A stretch of DNA of 20,000 nucleotides, taken from positions 56,975 to 76,974 of the forward strand of contig NW_014569531.1 in assembly GCF_000743755.1 (NCBI RefSeq), read 5' to 3'. Made by a program: the position numbers and the translations under genes. The notes below the pieces were generated by a model. The model was given only the letters and a program-made list of their open reading frames with translations. It did not search any database and was not told the origin of the DNA. The DNA is from Blastocystis sp. subtype 4. Taxonomy: Eukaryota. Shown in pieces: positions 13,777 to 20,000 of this stretch. How positions within the stretch are numbered: the first letter of the stretch is position 1; each line of letters begins with the position of its first letter.

Positions 13777-14796
13777 TCAATTATATTTCACTAAATATTG
13801 AATAAGAATACTTTGAAGGATATCAGGAAGATCTTGTACTCCTTGTTTGATCCGATATTCTCTTAATACGTTCTTCTTTCGATAATACTCTAACACAGGT
13901 TGTGTTCTCTTCTCAAAGATGTCAAACCGATCTTCAATGATCTTGGGATTGTCATCTGCTCGAACCACCAAAGGTGTTCCGCAATCATCACAAATACCTT
14001 CTTGTTTGGGTGGATAAGCAGGTAAGTTTATATCATCTTCTTGAATAGCAGAGAGAATGTATGATCGATTACAGTGAGGACAAACACGACGACTTGTTAG
14101 CTTCTTCACAACTATATTCTTTGGCATGGAAAAGGCGATTGCAATATCGATAGGAGAAAACTGAAATGAAGACAACCACTTAATCTCACCTCTTCAAGCG
14201 CTTCAGCTTGTTTGATTGTTCGAGGAAATCCATCCTACGATCGTGACTCCATTAGATACACTACCATGATCAGTCCCGAACGATACTGGGGTTGATGAAG
14301 AACATCCATGACTTTGGGAATTACGTATTCGTCTGGAATCAATTCTCCACGGAACACGTATTTCTGTTTATCAGTCGATTATTCCACACTCACTTCAGCA
14401 ATTTGTCCAAACTCTGTATCCTGTTGCATTTCCTTCTGAATTAAGTACTTTGATCGAAAGAATGGAATCTATAGAATTACGAGGTATCGATATCAGTACC
14501 ATCAAAACAGGTTCAACCATTCGCATGCACGTACCAACTCCAACTCCTGGTGCTCCCATAAATAAGATATTCTTTCTTCGCACATCCAATGCCTGAAACT
14601 ACAAATCACTACCCAACTTTTATGACAACAAAACAATTATAAAATGAAATAGGTTCTTCGTCGGCCTATTCTAAAACGAGATAAAGGATCCTACGCATAA
14701 TCTGTCCAGTTCCACTGCCAATTGTGGAGCTGACAGTCCTTTCAGACTAGCGATGATGAACTTCAGTTTCCCGACGTTAAGGTTATTTAACGACAT
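13777..14796 (-). CDS. Adenylate kinase-like protein with zinc LID and degenerate P-loop
   Basis: ILFMGAPGVGVGT, GELIPD, DGFPRTIKQA, RRVCPHC...CDDCG, RADD and TQPVLEYY. Six introns of 25-31 nt, including 14666-14694 and 14593-14617, link ATG 14796 in frame. Confidence 0.85.
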
Positions 14797-14845
14797 GAAC
14801 TTAAGTTCCTAAAGAAGAATCTTGTGACCTCCAACTGTAGTATTC

Positions 14846-14853
14846 AACAAACA
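14846..14853 (-). terminator. TGTTTGTT polyadenylation element of the SAS-6-like gene
   Basis: Exact motif 5 nt after the TGA at 14861-14859. Confidence 0.8.
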
Positions 14854-14858
14854 ATGTC

Positions 14859-16305
14859 TCACCTAAAGAACAGTAGAATAATGGGATCCTAACTTCAGTT
14901 TGTTGATCTCCTGATTCAGACATGACAGAGCTAGAACGTTAGAAATGAGTCCAATTCCCACCTCTGTCTTTAATTTTATTCGTATGTGTTAACGTCTTCA
15001 CTTCCTCCGCATATTTACCAAGATCTTGTTGCATCTGAGATATTTTCGCCTGAGATTCATTCTATCATTCACAAACCTACATTTAATGTTTGGATTGTCA
15101 GTTCCTGTTGAGTCTGATTAAGAGTCGTTGATGACAATGAAGCTGTCTTTTCCTCCAGTTCCTCCTGTGCCTTTTTGAGCTCTCCATCCACAAGCTGCAT
15201 CTGGCTCTCCAGTTCTGTCTTCTGTTGTTGAAGAGATGCTAATTCCTTCTCAAGATCTTCCTTTTGCTTCTGAATTTCGGTTCTACTACTACGTTCTGCC
15301 TCTAGTTCCGCCCGTAGTCGATTCTCTTCTTCCAGAGCCTTCTCCAATTCTGCCGTCATCTCTTCATGACTAATTGATAAGGAAGTAATATCTTCTGTCT
15401 GTTTCTTTAAATGATTAACGACTTCTTGCAACTCATCTCGCTCTCCTTGTACAATCAGTCTGATCATTAGCGGTTCCATCATAATCAGTACAACTCATTC
15501 TTTACTTCCGATAGTTGATTCTGAACTGCTGTCAATTGCTCGGACCACTGTGATTGATTGGACTGAAGAGTCGACGCATGTTGTGCTTCAATTGATGTTA
15601 TCTGCTCAGTTAGAGAAGCAATTTGACTCTCATAAGTGATTTGAAGAGATGACAACGAATCTGCATGTTGTTGCTGCAAATTTGCTATATCACTAGTATA
15701 CTGATCATGAAGCTTTTGGAACTGGTTCACGGCTGGTCTATCCTACATGTAATGCACTCCACGAATCCTCACTCCGTTCTGGAATTCCTGAATTAAATGG
15801 ATGAGATAGCAATTCATTTCTGTATCTGTTGCTGTCCGGAAGGGAAGAGACAAAAGAGGAAAAGTCATGAATTCAGATTGCTGAATCACAGATAATGTTG
15901 AAGTTGGATCTTTCAGTTGGAACTGAAGGGAGAATCTACAATCACAGTCAAAACCCATTCCAACGTGAACAAATCCGATAAACCATCTACAGAATCCGAA
16001 ATTCGATCTAAAATGGAAAGAAATCGTGGCAAGAATTGATCGTAAGGAACGGATACACGTTGCGACTTAATAACAGACTCATAGAGATTACTGTCAATAT
16101 CAGAAAACATTAGAAATGTCAGGTCATCTGGATTGCTGAGTTCCATTCGCAATGTATCCTGATCGGTCTAGAATCAATAATTAGTCTTTACCAGTCCTAC
16201 ATTAGCATGGTGATAGAATCGAAGAACAAGAACCTTGTTTTCGTCATTCATCTTCACAACGATATCCCGTTTCTCGTCCAGATTAGTCGTTTGTGGAGTG
16301 CTCAT
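14859..16305 (-). CDS. SAS-6-like protein (globular head plus long coiled coil, ~408 aa)
   Basis: Head segments LRMELSNPDDLTFLMFSDIDSNLYESVIKSQRVSVPYDQFLPRFLSIL and LSVIQQSEFMTFPLLSLPFRTATDTEMNCYL resemble the SAS-6_N pattern by eye, and are followed by ~250 aa of heptad-rich Q/E/L/K sequence. Introns at 16168-16200, 15936-15964, 15743-15772, 15460-15494, 15050-15080, 14931-14961 and 14863-14893. Confidence 0.7.
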
Positions 16306-16342
16306 CAATACAGAAGGGAGAATGGAACTCGAAAGATTATCT

Positions 16343-16350
16343 AACAAACA
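16343..16350 (-). terminator. TGTTTGTT polyadenylation element of COG6
   Basis: Exact motif, separated by 4 nt from the in-frame T at 16355. Confidence 0.85.
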
Positions 16351-16354
16351 CTCA

Positions 16355-18371
16355 AATCACAGTCCAGAAGCGTTTTAATCTGTTGAGGTGTGTGCAACAT
16401 AATTGATTCCACATTAATGTATCCATTCTGAGGATCATGAACAGCTGTATACAACCGCTCATATTCCGAGGATATCATTCGACTAGCAGCTAATTTAACA
16501 CGATTTCTCAACTTAGGATGAATCCCATAAAACTCATTGTTAATGAACAGATACATCTTTGAGACAAGCAGTTGTGTTCCCTTCTCAATCACAGCAGGAG
16601 ATGCAATGGAATGAATCGAAAGAGGAGGAGAAAGAGAATTCATTTGCTGCAACAGTTTCAACAGATCACAGTCTTTGAACAACGTATTCAACTACACATC
16701 ATCCAGCTGTTTAGTGATTACCTTTTCCTTGATTATCATATCCGTATAGAAATCACTCTTTTCACATAAATAGTAATTGTAATTGACACCAAATCCATAT
16801 AAATTCACCACACTCTTCAGCTCTTCAATCACATTCACGACAGTCATATACATGTCCATCGTATCCAGAATCTGGAAATACTCACGAGAATTTTCAGTTA
16901 GCGGTTTAAGTGATGCTTCTACAAGCGAATCAAACAATTCCGTCTTTCGTTCCATAGTCATTGTCATGTTATTAAACCTAATATTCAAGAAGACGATACA
17001 CTCCTACACATCGAAGCATTGACGGAGCAAGAGAAGAAGTTCAGTCAAGATGCTATGATTCCCTGTGTGGTCAGGAGTGGTTGATGAGACGAAGGAGTTG
17101 CTTACGAATGGAGACAAGCGGAAGTAATGCTTTACTCGAACTATAAGCAACGAAGTGATTCTAAACCACAGCGTTTGTTCGATGGAGACTAATGTTGATC
17201 GGAGTGAACTCTCTGGAGAAATAGTAGATGCTACAATGTTTTCATAGAATGCAAGAATCTGCATTGCTTCGAAAAGTTGAACCAAATTCGAATTGTCCTC
17301 GAAAAATGGAATGAGAAACTCTTGGACGAATTTGTTTGCCCCACTGAAAATAACATCCATACAACTCATCACAAAATGGGCATCTGAACCATCCTCTTCA
17401 ATAAGAAGCATTCGAACTCCTTCCCGCTCCTCATTCATGTATTCATGAAGCCATGTAAAAAGATCACTGATCATTTGATTTGGATTCTCATCAGAACGAT
17501 GTCGCTTCCATTTATTCAGATTCTCCGAAAGACGAATGGTTAGTAGATTACGACGATTGTTCACAAACTCCGTTATACAGTGATTGAAATAGGTATCCTT
17601 GGGTCGTAGGGTTTGCAGTCCACGACGGAGACGAAGGAAATTGGAATTTCCACAATCCAACGTATAGGTCACATCTCCTGTAAGACGGCACTCGTTCTGA
17701 CACCAGGAGAACAATCGATGATATCCATTCTCTTCATCGGCAGAGATCGTCTCCAACAATTCCAATGTCGCTGTCATCATACAGTATGGATCCTGCATCA
17801 GTGCAGTACATCGCTCTTTGATATCCTTTGCACGAGCTAACACTACAAAGAAGGATTCATCACCATTCTCAAGAATAGGTCGCGTTGTTAGAATATCCTT
17901 CTCTTCAGAAGATAGACAGTAATTGTGTAAGAAAGCTTCCAGTGCCACTTTGCGAGAACGAAGACGCTGTCTAGAGGTTACTCAAGAGACAAATGCCCAA
18001 CTCATAAGACTTTGTATCCTCATGGAATGCATTTAATGAGCGTGTCTGCTTTTCAGTGTCATCAATCGTAGCACGGATGTCTGAACACATCTGGTTTACC
18101 TCACTTAGGGAAGAAGAAAACTTTTCAAACACCTACAGAGATTAGCATTCGAAGTCGAGACTACTGTGTTGAATTTGGTCAATTCAGTAGCAAATCGCTT
18201 CGTAAGATCACAACTAATTCCTTCCAACGAATACCGCAAGTTCTTTCGACTATCTACGGTATTCTCTGTGGTATCGTAGTATTCGGCAAAGGAATCCAAG
18301 GCCTCTTGGATATCGCTCTGAGTCGTTTTCATACTCAGAACCTTTTGTATCTTCTTGTCCAGCACTCGCAT
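16355..18371 (-). CDS. COG6: Conserved oligomeric Golgi complex subunit 6
   Basis: NTVDSRKNLRYSLE, EENGYHRLFSWCQNECR, ISDLFTWLH and C-terminal YERLYTAVHDPQNGY...TPQQIKTLL match remembered COG6 features. Four introns of 30-32 nt near 18133-18164, 17971-18001, 16977-17006 and 16692-16721. Confidence 0.8.
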
Positions 18372-18388
18372 GAGAAACAAATTGAAAA

Positions 18389-18396
18389 AACAAACA
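18389..18396 (-). terminator. TGTTTGTT polyadenylation element of the methyltransferase-like gene
   Basis: Exact motif, separated by 4 nt from the in-frame T at 18401. Confidence 0.8.
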
Positions 18397-18400
18397 TAAT

Positions 18401-19838
18401 AATCACTCCGATTCACAAAATTGATATTCCGTTCGTTGTTACACGGAATATTGAGAAAATCGACATCTACTCCTGTGACCAGTCGCTGCGCGTCGATTTC
18501 TTGCTTATTCCTAGCTGTAATCCATCCATTCCATATCTTACGTAGCAAGCACTGTTAGATCCTGAATGCTAATGATGTTGTTATCTCTCTTGCTCTTCAC
18601 AACAGGACCCTCAACATACACTACAGTTCCTAAGATTCATTCATTCAACAAAAGATTACGGATCTTCATTTTTGACACCAGATCAAACAAACGCGCATAC
18701 TTCTCCTGATTCTCCTCCATGAACTACCTGTAACTATAATACATCATATATACTTGAAGTTTCATCAAAATCACACAGGCATTCTGACATTCATTGTTAC
18801 GGTTGTATGAATCGGTCTCATAGAATGCATATGAATTGCTATTACTACTGAAATAAACGTTACTTGTATTTAAAAAGAGGAATGTCAACTTCTTCCCAAA
18901 CTTCCGAATTGACACAATCTCACCAGCTGCATACACATATCGATCCAATTCACATGTCCTCAATTCAACTGCCGATATCAGCCGATGAGGAGAGGGAATA
19001 GTGAGTGGGAACACACTTACATCTCCAGGAAAGGGAGTGTAATCATCATTCCACTGAATGGATGGTTTTACCCATAGTCGAATGGTGTTCTTTTCACTCC
19101 ATATACCTGGATCCTGAAGTTCAAATGTAGGAGGTTGATTCATAAACCGTTTCTGGATCTCAAAGTAGTTGCAACACGGAAGAGTAATCACACCGAATAT
19201 ATCTTGGCAATCAACAGAACTCATTACTTGTTGGAAGGAGAGATGACAGTGAATCATCACAATAATGAGATGACGACACCGAATTCGAATCTTTTGAATA
19301 TAGTCTCCTATAATATGTAGATTTGGAACAGAGTCCCAAAGAGCACGACGTTCTTGACGCATTGTATCGGTATCATGCTTTTTCTTCTTAATCTCATTTG
19401 CATGTGTTTGAATGAATCCCTAAATGTTCACTACCACATCGTTTAGGTACATCCTGGAGTTGAGGATCCACACTAAAACACTCCCAACCAGGAAAGAACA
19501 AAGCAAAGAGCGCAGCGGATCGTGGAGTCGAACCATCACCAACGCAGAGAATCACATCCTTCAAAACTCCCTCACTGGGATTATCTCTCATCAACGATAA
19601 AACATGCCTAGAAACATGGACATAAGCTGCCATTGACTCTGTGATCTCCTTTACATTTGGAAAACTACAAGTCAAGAGACATCTGTAGAGGCAACATTCG
19701 CATTTGAATTAATTTCGGTGCCACAGATGTTGCCTGAATGAATCGATCCAGATACATCGTATTCATCTTACTCTCCACAAGTACGTCGGTTTCGTTCCTC
19801 GATGGGGTGATTTGATTGCTCTCCCTCTTCTTACTCAT
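18401..19838 (-). CDS. Uncharacterised protein: putative SAM-dependent methyltransferase-like domain plus C-terminal OB fold (~428 aa)
   Basis: FPNVKEITES, CVGDGSTPRSAA, FSVDP and VITLPCC, then VYAAGEIVSIRKFGKKLTFLFL...VVYVEGPV. Introns at 19665-19695, 19420-19450, 18724-18753, 18630-18659 and 18511-18541. The CDS is well supported; the product is inferred. Confidence 0.6.
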
Positions 19839-19951
19839 GGAAAGGGATGAATTCAAGACGAATTGAGGAGAATATGAATTCAGGTAACCGCGGTTTTCGT
19901 TGTTTCTTTGCGGTATTAGGAATAGATGTGAATTACTCAACTATCCACCGA

Positions 19952-20000
19952 ATGGCTCTGAATATTGAATCAGTCCTTGGAGACAAGGCTCAATTCCTCA
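19952..20000 (+). CDS. Probable 5' end of a divergently transcribed gene, possibly a class I (FbaB/DhnA-type) fructose-bisphosphate aldolase
   Basis: ATG at 19952 gives MALNIESVLGDKAQFL, open to the window edge and reminiscent of the FbaB N-terminus (I..LLG..A..LL). Only 16 codons are visible. Confidence 0.3.
   Translation, partial: MALNIESVLGDKAQFL

Noticed and set aside
14624..14796. A separate small gene ending at TGTTTTGTT upstream of the adenylate kinase
   Set aside because: The motif is imperfect, and these exons splice in frame to the kinase and supply its only plausible ATG.
14797..14808. Perfect palindrome GAACTTAAGTTC directly upstream of the adenylate-kinase-like ATG
   Set aside because: Single occurrence. 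A few 12-bp palindromes are expected by chance in 20 kb of AT-rich DNA.
18686..18693. CGTTTGTT (minus strand) inside the methyltransferase-like CDS
   Set aside because: It has a first-position mismatch, and the OB-fold-like sequence continues downstream through well-formed introns.

Overview
Very compact eukaryotic DNA with 11 protein-coding genes and a probable twelfth starting at the right edge. Ten of the 11 genes carry tiny (25-35 nt, mostly 30-31 nt) GT-AG introns, and a TGTTTGTT-type element lies just past most gene ends. Together these point strongly to the stramenopile gut protist Blastocystis (inference). Gene order: NF-X1-type zinc-finger protein (-, runs off the left edge), PT-repeat type I membrane protein (+), XPG/RAD2 (-), acidic RRM protein (-), Mpv17/PMP22-family protein (+), intronless divergent Hsp70 (+), SERCA-type Ca2+-ATPase (+), degenerate adenylate kinase (-), SAS-6-like protein (-), COG6 (-), methyltransferase-like + OB-fold protein (-). 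Main observations: (1) in five genes the first T of an in-frame codon is separated from the motif by exactly 4 nt, so poly(A) would create the UAA stop, and in one case this is all that prevents an in-frame fusion with COG6; (2) both convergent gene pairs share the same 15-bp quasi-palindromic bidirectional 3'-end element; (3) a SAS-6 centriole-cartwheel-like protein occurs in an apparently aflagellate lineage; (4) the adenylate kinase lacks its P-loop lysine; (5) an uncharacterised methyltransferase-like protein is fused to an anticodon-binding-type OB fold. All exon structures were spliced by hand without transcript data, and family assignments come from motif recognition, not database searches.
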